Origin: a virus
Reading direction: 5' to 3' (one strand)
Virus record (IMG/VR): IMGVR_UViG_3300032087_004407
Location: 1 to 64,000 of that record
DNA length: 64,000 bases
Both the position numbers and the translations under genes were made by a program. Of the stretch, positions 39,032 through 47,928 are shown one piece after another. Below the pieces are notes generated by a model, which ran no database searches, was not told the origin of the DNA, and saw only the letters and a list, made by a program, of their open reading frames with translations. The stretch's first letter is position 1. Each line of letters opens with the position of its first letter.

Positions 39032-39123
39032 AGTAATTCTTTTTTTTAAGTTTATGATTTTTTTTATCTACTAAAGCGAAGGCGGGAATGTCTCCGCTTA
39101 CCATTGTCAACAACCAACCGAGG

Positions 39124-39345
39124 TCAGAGGATGTCGTCATCCTCCTCCTCGTCGTCGGTGTACTCGTCGTATAGCTCGCGGAAGGCGGGAGACAATGCGC
39201 TCATGTCGCAAGTGTTCTCGTCGCGCTCGTCGAACCAATCGTCATCTGGCGTAGTGCCAAGAATGTCGCGTTCGCAATCTACCTCGTCCTGTGTCGCGTA
39301 CGTCACGGCGAAGTCCTCGATGGGGTCAATGTTATAGTCGTCCAT
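39124..39345 (-). CDS. highly acidic small protein
   Basis: Very D/E rich; start moved to MDDYNID after the promoter. Confidence 0.65.
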   Translation of the reverse strand: MDDYNIDPIEDFAVTYATQDEVDCERDILGTTPDDDWFDERDENTCDMSALSPAFRELYDEYTDDEEEDDDIL

Positions 39346-39394
39346 AACTTCGTTTAATGTACCAGAAAAATTGTCCATTGTCAACCTTTTATTT

Positions 39395-39568
39395 TTATTC
39401 TTCCAAGTATTTCACGCAGTCCTCAACAGACCAATCGTTTCTCATGGCCCATTCAACCGCACCTTCAACGTCGCAGTATTGGCGCACTTCGTCGCACACC
39501 AAAGACTCAACTTCAGCCAAGAACTTCTGGGAGTTCAACTCGTTCATCGTATGTGGATTATCTCTCAT
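39395..39568 (-). CDS. acidic 57-aa protein (not in the ORF track)
   Basis: MRDNPHTMNELNSQKFLAEVESLVCDE...; promoter and CCGTTATGAGAGA start. Confidence 0.6.
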   Translation of the reverse strand: MRDNPHTMNELNSQKFLAEVESLVCDEVRQYCDVEGAVEWAMRNDWSVEDCVKYLEE

Positions 39569-39622
39569 AACGGGAATCAGTATATCAGATTTTTTTTAAA
39601 AGTCAACCTTTTTTTAGTTTTT

Positions 39623-39805
39623 TTATCCCCAGTCGCCTTGCTGGCGGCGCTTTTGGGTGAACCAGAACATTTCCGCATTAGCTTTGCGCTTGCGCTCAGC
39701 TAGCTCGACCTCCTGTGCCTCGATGGCATCATTCTGCCACTCATCACACATTGCATTCAACTCGAAGATCTCTTCACAACTCAGGTTATCAAACGTAGTA
39801 TTCAT
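39623..39805 (-). CDS. hypothetical small protein
   Basis: LSCEEIFE resembles ITCEEVFE of 36923-37078. Confidence 0.55.
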   Translation of the reverse strand: MNTTFDNLSCEEIFELNAMCDEWQNDAIEAQEVELAERKRKANAEMFWFTQKRRQQGDWG

Positions 39806-40164
39806 TTTTTTATTCGTTAGGCGGTGGGCTTTCCCTCACTCGCTGGAAACATTAAACCATGGATTGAGGAAAAAGTCAACACCTAAAACAACTTTTTTTT
39901 ATTTTTTTTTCGTGCGTCGCAGAGCACGTGCCGTGCCAACACACCCCGTTTTTTCAAAAAAATTGACGCGTCAGGTGGGGCTACGCAGGGGTACGGCCTA
40001 TTTTTCAATATCGACTAGAGTTTCCCACAAACCAAATAAATCTAAACAAAAAAAATAACCCAGCCCAAATCCCCAGAAACCAATTAAATAAATTAAAAAA
40101 TAAAAAGGAAACAACCCGCCGCGAATACTCTAGAATTTCATATTTTTAAATATATTATTAAATT

Positions 40165-40872
40165 ATGGATTGTAAAACTTGTAAAACGTGTGGAGTAGAA
40201 AAATCATTAAGTGAATTTTATAAAAGTAAAAAGTATAAAAATACTCAGTATTATAACTCTTACTGCAAATCATGTAACAGCAAACAAAAACAACAATATT
40301 ATCAAAAAAAAAGAGAAGCAATACTAGCCCGCCAGAAAGAATATGCTGCCGATCCTAAAAATAAAGAGGCAAAACTAGCCTACATGAAGGAATATAACGC
40401 TGATCCCAAAAACAAAGAAAGGCGAAAGAAATATGACGCTGACCCTAAAAACAGAGAAAAAATAAGGGTGCAGCAAAGAAAATGGCACAAAGAAAGAAGA
40501 CAATCTGATCCTTTGTATAAGTTAGTATGCAACATAAGAACTCGCATTAGCGTAAGTATCACAAATGCAGGATTCAAAAAAAACAGCAAAACACACAAAA
40601 TTTTAAATTGTTCTTTTGAAGAATTTATGTCACACCTTGAAAAACAATTTAACTCAGGAATAACATGGGAAAATTATGGAAAATGGCATTTAGATCATAT
40701 TGTGCCTGTATCATTAGCTTCTACAGAAGAAGAAATAATAAAACTAAATTATTATAAAAACTTTCAACCTATGTGGGGTCCAGAAAATGAATCTAAAAGC
40801 AATAAAATTATGCATGAAATGATAACCCCTGAACTACAAGAAAAATACAAAGAAATACTACAAAGAGTTTAA
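40165..40872 (+). CDS. HNH-family (homing) endonuclease with an internal peptide repeat
   Basis: CxxC zinc ribbon, three copies of K.Y.ADPKN.E, WENYGKWHLDHIVP..N..KSNK. Confidence 0.75.
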   Translation: MDCKTCKTCGVEKSLSEFYKSKKYKNTQYYNSYCKSCNSKQKQQYYQKKREAILARQKEYAADPKNKEAKLAYMKEYNADPKNKERRKKYDADPKNREKIRVQQRKWHKERRQSDPLYKLVCNIRTRISVSITNAGFKKNSKTHKILNCSFEEFMSHLEKQFNSGITWENYGKWHLDHIVPVSLASTEEEIIKLNYYKNFQPMWGPENESKSNKIMHEMITPELQEKYKEILQRV

Positions 40873-40909
40873 TTGTAGAAATTAACAACTTTTCAATATA
40901 TTATTTTCT

Positions 40910-41269
40910 ATGTCAGATAAATGTTTTGAATGTGGCGCTCCCGCAGAATGTAATCATCATGTTGTACCAAGAAGCCTTGGAGGAACTCAAACAATACCAT
41001 TGTGTTTAGTTTGTCACGGAAAAATACATGATAAAGATTTTGTTAAAGCAAAGCGACTGCAAAAAATAGGGTTCGCTAAGGCAAAGGCAGCAGGCAAACA
41101 TATAGGCAGATTTTCATCTACCAATGAAGCCCAGGATCGTGAAATAGTTAAAAGATATCAAGACGGCGAAACTTATGAGGAAATTGGGAAAAAATTCAAC
41201 ATTAGTCGTATGAGTATTTGGCGCAGACTAAAAAAAGCAAATGCAATAAAAGATTCGCAACCTGCGTAA
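40910..41269 (+). CDS. HNH plus helix-turn-helix protein
   Basis: CFEC..HHVVPRSLGG..LC.VCH; C-terminal HTH (YEEIGKKFNISRMSIWR). Confidence 0.7.
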   Translation: MSDKCFECGAPAECNHHVVPRSLGGTQTIPLCLVCHGKIHDKDFVKAKRLQKIGFAKAKAAGKHIGRFSSTNEAQDREIVKRYQDGETYEEIGKKFNISRMSIWRRLKKANAIKDSQPA

Positions 41270-41310
41270 AAAACAACACGCAAAACTTCAAAAACCCCAG
41301 TAAAATTCAC

Positions 41311-41327
41311 TTGGCACAATATTTGCT
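41311..41327 (+). promoter_or_regulatory. sigma54 (-24/-12) promoter of amtB
   Basis: TTGGCAC-AATAT-TTGCT matches TGGCAC-N5-TTGC; ends 14 nt before ATG 41342. Confidence 0.75.
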
Positions 41328-41341
41328 AGTATATTTTGCAT

Positions 41342-42556
41342 ATGACTGAGCTAAAATTCATGGTAGATAATCTTTGGATATTAATCTCTGCATTATTGGT
41401 ATTTATAATGCATCTAGGATTTTCTACTTTAGAAGTCGGACTAACAAGACAAAAAAATACCGTCAATGTTTTGTTTAAGAATATGTTTATTATAAGCATC
41501 GGGTTAATTACATACGCGCTTGTAGGTTTTAATACTATGTATCCTGGTGAATTTAATAACATATTAAGTATCGGCGGTCCAATAGGATTTGTTGATGCAA
41601 CTAAAAATCTAACCCATGAATATGGTGATTATACATATTACAGTGATTTTCTGTTTCAAGCAATGTTTGCAGCCACAGGAGCAACAATTGTATCTGGAGC
41701 AGTAGCTGAACGAGTAAAATTAAGTAGTTTTCTTATTTTTGCTGCGTTGTTAGTAGGATTAGCATATCCCATTGCAGGAGCATGGAAATGGGGTGGAGGA
41801 TTTTTAGATGATATGAATTTTTATGATTTCGCGGGCAGCTCTGTAGTTCACGCTTTTGGAGGATTCGCGGCTTTAGCGTGTGCGTGGCTTTTGGGTGCGC
41901 GTGCAGATAAGTATAAAAATAATAAAATAAACGCTCTCAACGGTCATTCTATGCCATTAGTGGCTATCGGAGTGTTCTTGTTGTGGTTTGGATGGTATGG
42001 ATTTAATGGTGGCAGTGTTTTATCTGCTGATCCAGCTTCTGTTTCTTTTGTTTTTGTTACAACTTCATTGTCTGCAGCATGTGGAGTATTATCTGCAATG
42101 TTTATTTCATGGTTTAAAAACAAAAAACCAGATTATACTATCACAGCTAATGGTGCATTAGCAGGTTTAGTAGGTATAACGGCAGGTGCAGATGTTGTTT
42201 CTATATGGTCTGCATGTGCAATCGGATCAATCTCAGGTATACTACTTGTTTTTGGCAGTGATTTAATAGAAAAAATCTTAAAAATTGATGATCCAGTTGG
42301 TGCAATTACTGTTCATGGTATTTGCGGCGTTTGGGGAACAATCGCGGTTGGTATTTTCAGTGCTGAACACAGCATTTTAATACAAACTGCAGGATCATTG
42401 ATAATCAGTGTGTTTGCTTTTGTTTTTTCTTTTGTTGTTTTTGGTGCCCTCAAGAAAACTTTGGGTGTCAGAATCAATGGCGAGCTAGAACAAAAAGGTT
42501 TAGACATACTAGAACATGGTCATACAGCTTACCCCGACTTCCAAACAAGCTCGTAA
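41342..42556 (+). CDS. amtB: ammonium transporter
   Basis: FQAMFA, IVSGAVAER, DFAGSSVVH, LWFGWYGFNGGS, NGALAGLVGITA and DDPVGAITVHG motifs. Confidence 0.95.
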   Translation: MTELKFMVDNLWILISALLVFIMHLGFSTLEVGLTRQKNTVNVLFKNMFIISIGLITYALVGFNTMYPGEFNNILSIGGPIGFVDATKNLTHEYGDYTYYSDFLFQAMFAATGATIVSGAVAERVKLSSFLIFAALLVGLAYPIAGAWKWGGGFLDDMNFYDFAGSSVVHAFGGFAALACAWLLGARADKYKNNKINALNGHSMPLVAIGVFLLWFGWYGFNGGSVLSADPASVSFVFVTTSLSAACGVLSAMFISWFKNKKPDYTITANGALAGLVGITAGADVVSIWSACAIGSISGILLVFGSDLIEKILKIDDPVGAITVHGICGVWGTIAVGIFSAEHSILIQTAGSLIISVFAFVFSFVVFGALKKTLGVRINGELEQKGLDILEHGHTAYPDFQTSS

Positions 42557-42572
42557 TTGTTACAGTGTGTCA

Positions 42573-42597
42573 AAGGGGGCGCTTTTAGCGCCCTCTT
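42573..42597. terminator. hairpin between convergent genes
   Basis: AAGGGGGCGC-TTTTA-GCGCCCTCTT. Confidence 0.55.
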
Positions 42598-43013
42598 ATT
42601 AACCAACTGCTACTTTGTACTTTTTCCCCCAAGCCATAAACAGATGTTATACCCAATTCTTCACATATTTTATGTTCTGGAGTATTTTCGCCATTGGTAC
42701 GATCACCACCATTGCAAAACATAATTTCTTGGTATGTGTTTTTTTGATTATCATAAATATTTTGTAATGTACGACACACAGTATCATCGGTATCTGCACA
42801 CGGTATAACTTTGTCAACACAATAAATAGATTCTACAATACGCATTCTTTCTGCAAATGGCATAAATGGCTTGCCTTTTTTACGAATTAAAAATTGGTCA
42901 TTGTTCACAATGACAAAAAGACGGTAGGCTAGTGATTTCGCGCGTTCAAACAATTCTAAATGACCAACATGCAACGGATCAAATCCGCCACTTACTATAG
43001 AAAGTTTGATCAT
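42585..43013 (-). CDS. cytidylyltransferase-family protein
   Basis: SGGFDPLHVGH, KKGKPFM..ER, NGGDR and K.QSSSW motifs. Confidence 0.85.
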   Translation of the reverse strand: MIKLSIVSGGFDPLHVGHLELFERAKSLAYRLFVIVNNDQFLIRKKGKPFMPFAERMRIVESIYCVDKVIPCADTDDTVCRTLQNIYDNQKNTYQEIMFCNGGDRTNGENTPEHKICEELGITSVYGLGEKVQSSSWLIRGR

Positions 43014-43101
43014 TTAGGTTTTAAATCTTTATAAGCATATTTTGGTTTGATAAAAATGTCTTCTTGTAAATCTTCTTTGCTCTTTACGCCTAATATCTTT
43101 T

Positions 43102-43578
43102 TTAAAAGTTTAAATACCATATGCTTTCCTTTTGTTTTTTTGATAAATTTAAATAATCGCCGCCGTCTGGCTCAAAAAATAATATTTCGTCATCATTTCC
43201 TATAACCATATTGATTGCATGTGCAGATCTTGCAGAATTATTATAAGACATAACACCAACAGCTACAGCTTCTGCATCAGTAGCATTTTTATTTTCAGAA
43301 TTAAATGTTTGTTTAAAAGCAAGTGAGTTTTCGCGGGCATGGAGAATGTTTAAAAATGTTTTAAAAGTTTGTGAAAAGTTATCGCAATCCCAATTTGTGC
43401 GCCATTTAGTAACTCCAGCAAAAGACAGCCACTTATAATATGCTGGATACGCTTCTTTTTTCAGCCAGTCAGTGTCTAAAACAACATATGACTTATCATT
43501 CAAGTGAATACTACATTCTTCACTAAAATTTTGTGCTTCTAATAATTTTTTTAGTTTTGTTTTTGTATAAGTTATCAT
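43102..43578 (-). CDS. papain/transglutaminase-like Cys protease domain protein
   Basis: WDCDNFS...HAIN...FFEP (Cys-His-Glu). Confidence 0.5.
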   Translation of the reverse strand: MITYTKTKLKKLLEAQNFSEECSIHLNDKSYVVLDTDWLKKEAYPAYYKWLSFAGVTKWRTNWDCDNFSQTFKTFLNILHARENSLAFKQTFNSENKNATDAEAVAVGVMSYNNSARSAHAINMVIGNDDEILFFEPDGGDYLNLSKKQKESIWYLNF

Positions 43579-44339
43579 ATCATGTTAAGTTTCTTTTTTG
43601 CTTGATTAATACGCCAACGATCTTTTTCGTCTAAATTGCCTTTTAAATGATTGTCTATTTGAGCCAGCATAGGGCTTTTCTCGCCTTGATGGTCGTTTCG
43701 GATACTCTGTATACCTTTTACTAATTTAAGCAGCGTAGAAGTAGCTCCAGAGGCTGGCATTGCAAAAGGCGCGATTACTCCTGTTACTTTGATAGCAACA
43801 CCCGCAAGTCCGATTAATATTACACCACCAACAATCCAATATACTTTTTGCATCAAGCTTTGGTATTTAGTAGCCATCAATGCATTTTCTTGATTGGTAG
43901 CTTCTAATTTTGCTTGTGCAGAAGATAATTTACTTTCTAGCAGTTTGTTTTGATTTTGTACCGCGACTAACTGTGAGTCAAGTTGTTGTAATAACTTTTG
44001 ACCTTCTTTTTCTTGCTTTGGATCTTCAGATAACAAGTCGTCTACTACTTTAGTGGACTTTATTGCATTTTCTGCTTGTGGAGGCCCTAAGGCAGTAATT
44101 CCACGAGTAGTCATTTGTTTTGCTACTTGTGAATGTTTTGAAGGAGTTGGATCTTTTTGTAACGCTTGATCTGCAGCATATACAAAAGTTCTGCCGCTTT
44201 CAATTTCTTTTTCTTTGTTTTTGTCTATATTTTGACTTATGCCTGTAACAACATCTTTTTGTTTATTAAACTTGCCCAACGGAGTCGAACAACCAGCCGC
44301 GATTAATGCTACACAAACATATGTAATTTTATTGGACAT
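43575..44339 (-). CDS. lipoprotein with coiled coil and C-terminal TM helix (spanin-like)
   Basis: Lipobox IAAG|C, coiled coil, TM VYWIVGGVILIGLAGVAI. Confidence 0.55.
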   Translation of the reverse strand: MSNKITYVCVALIAAGCSTPLGKFNKQKDVVTGISQNIDKNKEKEIESGRTFVYAADQALQKDPTPSKHSQVAKQMTTRGITALGPPQAENAIKSTKVVDDLLSEDPKQEKEGQKLLQQLDSQLVAVQNQNKLLESKLSSAQAKLEATNQENALMATKYQSLMQKVYWIVGGVILIGLAGVAIKVTGVIAPFAMPASGATSTLLKLVKGIQSIRNDHQGEKSPMLAQIDNHLKGNLDEKDRWRINQAKKKLNMI

Positions 44340-45447
44340 ACTCTTTGGGAACCCATTGAGCAAAGTCAAACCATTCTTTTGCTGGCTTTAGTCCGCCAAT
44401 TACAGTATATACTGCAATTCCTGGTTTGTTCGACGTATAAATACCACGATGAACCATACTATCTTTTTCCAACAACCTGTTAAGTTGTTCAAAGCCATGT
44501 TCTAACGCTTCTTGTGGTACGTTATCCATCAATTCATTATTTACTACCATCACACAAGCTGCTACATTGCCAGTAGAAATATCTGCACCTGCTAAAATAT
44601 TACGTTTTAAATTGTCACGTATTGCTTTGCTGATGTCTGTATCGTTTGCTTGCTCTGTTTTGATTGGTGTAGCTCCAAAAGTGATAATTCCAGAATTTAA
44701 TACTGTGTCAAGGTCTGCCTTGTCAAAAGTAGTATACGAGCTATCTTGTGCAGAAATCTTATTAAACAAGTGAAACAGCGAACAAACACTATTGTTGGCT
44801 GTACTCCAAAATTTATTAACAGATAATCCTGGATATAATTGTTTTATTTTTTCATTGTTCAAAACAATAAGTGGTGATAAAATACCATCTTTGGCATATT
44901 CAACCACTTTTTGCATTGTTCTTTTTGTATTTTTCGCCACTTGGTTTCCTTCTGCATTGGTTGGCAAAGCAGAAATAAAACCTACTGTGGCATCAGTATT
45001 TTCTTGTGCAATTTTAAATACTACTGGCGCTCCTCCTGCGCCTGTGCCACCTCCCGCACCAGCACAGACCAGCACTCGATCATATGTTGTGCCTAATTTT
45101 GCACGAAAAAAGTCACAAATCTCTTCTGAGTTTTCTTGGAAAATTCTTTCTGCGGTTTCAGGATCTTTACCTGCCCCACCATGGTCGAGTAGCAATTTTC
45201 TGTCCTCGGGGATATTGATATATTTTAAATCCTGCTTTGCGGTATTAATTACGCAAACTCTTCTGTATCCTAAATTCCAGAACGTTTCTGCTATTCTAGA
45301 TCCACCTTGACCCACGCCAATAATTGCAAATTTGTAAGCACCCTCAAATTCGTCCTCAATTTCTTGAGTTTGAGCGTTTTCGTCGGGCATGGGAATGTCT
45401 GGCAAATCAATTCCAATATCATCTATGTTTGAAATATCGTCTTCCAT
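44329..45447 (-). CDS. tubulin/FtsZ-family GTPase (PhuZ-like)
   Basis: IGVGQGGSRI, GGAGKDP, signature GAGGGTGAG and DKADL; start moved to ATG 45447. Confidence 0.88.
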   Translation of the reverse strand: MEDDISNIDDIGIDLPDIPMPDENAQTQEIEDEFEGAYKFAIIGVGQGGSRIAETFWNLGYRRVCVINTAKQDLKYINIPEDRKLLLDHGGAGKDPETAERIFQENSEEICDFFRAKLGTTYDRVLVCAGAGGGTGAGGAPVVFKIAQENTDATVGFISALPTNAEGNQVAKNTKRTMQKVVEYAKDGILSPLIVLNNEKIKQLYPGLSVNKFWSTANNSVCSLFHLFNKISAQDSSYTTFDKADLDTVLNSGIITFGATPIKTEQANDTDISKAIRDNLKRNILAGADISTGNVAACVMVVNNELMDNVPQEALEHGFEQLNRLLEKDSMVHRGIYTSNKPGIAVYTVIGGLKPAKEWFDFAQWVPKEYVQ

Positions 45448-45538
45448 GATATATATTATTACACATAATACTAAATTTTTCAAAAAATAAAAAAATATGT
45501 GTATACTACATTTAGGGTCCAACCAACAATAATATACT

Positions 45539-45835
45539 ATGGCACAAGATAACAAACCAAAAATCACATTTGCTGATCTGGACAACTTTTTAAAAATAGC
45601 ACCAATAATCGGCTTAGCAATTTTAGCTTATTTACAAACACTTTTTCCAAGTAAAACTGAATTTAAAGAAATACAAACTCAGTTGATACAGATGGACAAA
45701 AAAATAACGGAAATGACTGTTTTACAAAAAGCTATTACAAGTAATACTTCAGACTTGAAACAAATAGATCAACGTCTTAGAATTTTAGAGCTTGAAGTCG
45801 CACGGCACAACGCACAAAAAAACGATGTTAAATAG
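45539..45835 (+). CDS. membrane-anchored coiled-coil protein
   Basis: One TM helix followed by a coiled coil. Confidence 0.55.
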   Translation: MAQDNKPKITFADLDNFLKIAPIIGLAILAYLQTLFPSKTEFKEIQTQLIQMDKKITEMTVLQKAITSNTSDLKQIDQRLRILELEVARHNAQKNDVK

Positions 45836-47075
45836 GCGCAAATTTCTGGGCGGCATAGGATTATCATTCATGTTGCCAAACTTAGAAGCTTTAGGAAATA
45901 TTAAGCCAGACGTAAAACGCTTTGCTGCAGTATATGTTCCTAACGGAATCAATATGCACCATTGGACTCCAAGCTATCAAGGAGATTTAATTGATTTGCC
46001 TGGTACTTTGTCTCCAATGCAAGATCATATTAACAATATGCACATCTTGTCTGGATTGACTCATGACAAAGCAAGAGCAAATGGGGATGGCGCTGGAGAT
46101 CATGCAAGAGCTTGTGCAACTTTTCTTACTGGTGTTCAAGCACATAAGCATGAATCTTTAATACGTTCTGGAAAATCTGTTGATCAATATCTCGCAGATA
46201 AATACAACGGAGTCACAAGATTCGACAGTTTACAATTTACAGGCTCAAAAGCTAGAATTATTGGTAAGTGTGATTCTGGCTACAGTTGTGCGTATCAATA
46301 CAATTTATCATGGAAGTCTGCATCTCAACCAATGGCGTCCATGTATGATCCTAAAGACATTTTCAATAGATTGTTTAAGGTTGAAAAACTTGAACAAAAG
46401 AAAAAACTATATAAAAAATCAATTTTAGATTTTGTTTTAGAAGAAAGCAAATCTTTGTCTCACAATATATCGTCAAAAGATAAAGCTAAACTTGACGAGT
46501 ATATGTATTCTGTTCGTGAAGTAGAATTAGAGCTAGAAAGGCGCGATCAATTTAATTTATCAAATAATTTTGAATTTAACTTTGATACAGAACAAAAGTC
46601 TGATAAGTTTAGATTAATGTATAGTTTGATGCATTTAGCATTTTTAACAGATACAACTCGCGTAATAACATTTTTAACTGCACATGATGGCTATAATGGT
46701 CCTCATAGAGAAATAGGCGTCAATGAAGGTCATCACAGTTTATCGCATCATCAAAAAGATGAAAAAAAATTAGCAGCGCTTGCTAAAATTGATTTGTTCA
46801 ATGTTAGATTATTTTCTGAATTTATTGACAAACTCAAAAAAGATAACTTGCTAGAAAATACAGACATTATTTACGGCGCAGGAATATCTGATGGAAATAG
46901 ACATAATCACGATGAACTTCCATGTTTATTAGTTGGTGGTAAAAATCGCAGAAAACACATACGAGTAGAAAAAGAAAAACCAATGTGTGATTTATTTGTT
47001 AGCTTATTACATAAACATGATATTGAAGCAAAACATTTCGGTGACTCTACAGGTGAATTTAACATAATTACTTAA
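45825..47075 (+). CDS. DUF1552-family Tat-signal protein
   Basis: NRRKFL Tat motif; YVPNG, GDHARA..FLTG, SVDQ, CDSGYSCAY, HH.LSHH and DGNRHNH motifs. Confidence 0.85.
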   Translation: MLNRRKFLGGIGLSFMLPNLEALGNIKPDVKRFAAVYVPNGINMHHWTPSYQGDLIDLPGTLSPMQDHINNMHILSGLTHDKARANGDGAGDHARACATFLTGVQAHKHESLIRSGKSVDQYLADKYNGVTRFDSLQFTGSKARIIGKCDSGYSCAYQYNLSWKSASQPMASMYDPKDIFNRLFKVEKLEQKKKLYKKSILDFVLEESKSLSHNISSKDKAKLDEYMYSVREVELELERRDQFNLSNNFEFNFDTEQKSDKFRLMYSLMHLAFLTDTTRVITFLTAHDGYNGPHREIGVNEGHHSLSHHQKDEKKLAALAKIDLFNVRLFSEFIDKLKKDNLLENTDIIYGAGISDGNRHNHDELPCLLVGGKNRRKHIRVEKEKPMCDLFVSLLHKHDIEAKHFGDSTGEFNIIT

Positions 47076-47079
47076 TAAA

Positions 47080-47928
47080 ATGCCAATACCTCCAAACATA
47101 AACAACGCTTATAAAGTTTCTCCATCAAGAAATAATAATATTAATTTTAATTATATCTGGGACGAAGGTAATCAATACTGGAGCCCTAAAGGTGAAAGCT
47201 CTTTGAGTTATCATGCGGTAGTTGGCTATGCAGCAGATTTTATTCACAAATTTGGAAGTAATCCTGACGTTTCTAACTCTGTCAGTAGGATTGATCCAGA
47301 AACTGTTTGGGACGGTTCTACAGAGTATGTTTTTCCTCCTGATTCAGGAACAGGTATACAAATTAAATCTTCACAAACAATTGATAATCAAGAATTTGTT
47401 GTTCAAGGACTTGATGAAAATTTTCTACAACAAAATTGGACAGGTAATTTAAATGGTCAAACAGAAGTTAACATAGATGGAACTTGGTCAAGGGTTTTTA
47501 GAGCATTTAATAACGATAGTACATATATATCTGGCAATATAAATATTCATGCTAGCGGAGATGATTCAACAAGCTACGCTCAAGCTTTAGTAGGTAATGA
47601 CCAAACAATGATGGCAATTTATACAATTCCTGCTAATTTTACTGGATATTTGACCGAATACCACATGAGCGCCAGCAACCCTGGAAGTTCTTCCTCGATA
47701 GATTATACAGTTCAAATCAAAACAAGAGAATACGGAAAAATCTTTCGTGTCCAAGAGGTTACTTCCGTAGGCACTACTCATAATGTTGGACAAATACTTC
47801 CTTTTCCTAACTTTTTAAAACCTAAAACTGATATTATGGTATGCGCAGTTGATGCAAACGGAGGAGGAGGCACACTTAACGCTGACTTTGACGTTGCCCT
47901 GCATCAAGGCGCGGGAAAAACTATTTAA
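47080..47928 (+). CDS. hypothetical (possibly virion) protein
   Basis: Beta-rich 282-aa ORF with KFG.N and QTMMAIYTIPA. Confidence 0.55.
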   Translation: MPIPPNINNAYKVSPSRNNNINFNYIWDEGNQYWSPKGESSLSYHAVVGYAADFIHKFGSNPDVSNSVSRIDPETVWDGSTEYVFPPDSGTGIQIKSSQTIDNQEFVVQGLDENFLQQNWTGNLNGQTEVNIDGTWSRVFRAFNNDSTYISGNINIHASGDDSTSYAQALVGNDQTMMAIYTIPANFTGYLTEYHMSASNPGSSSSIDYTVQIKTREYGKIFRVQEVTSVGTTHNVGQILPFPNFLKPKTDIMVCAVDANGGGGTLNADFDVALHQGAGKTI

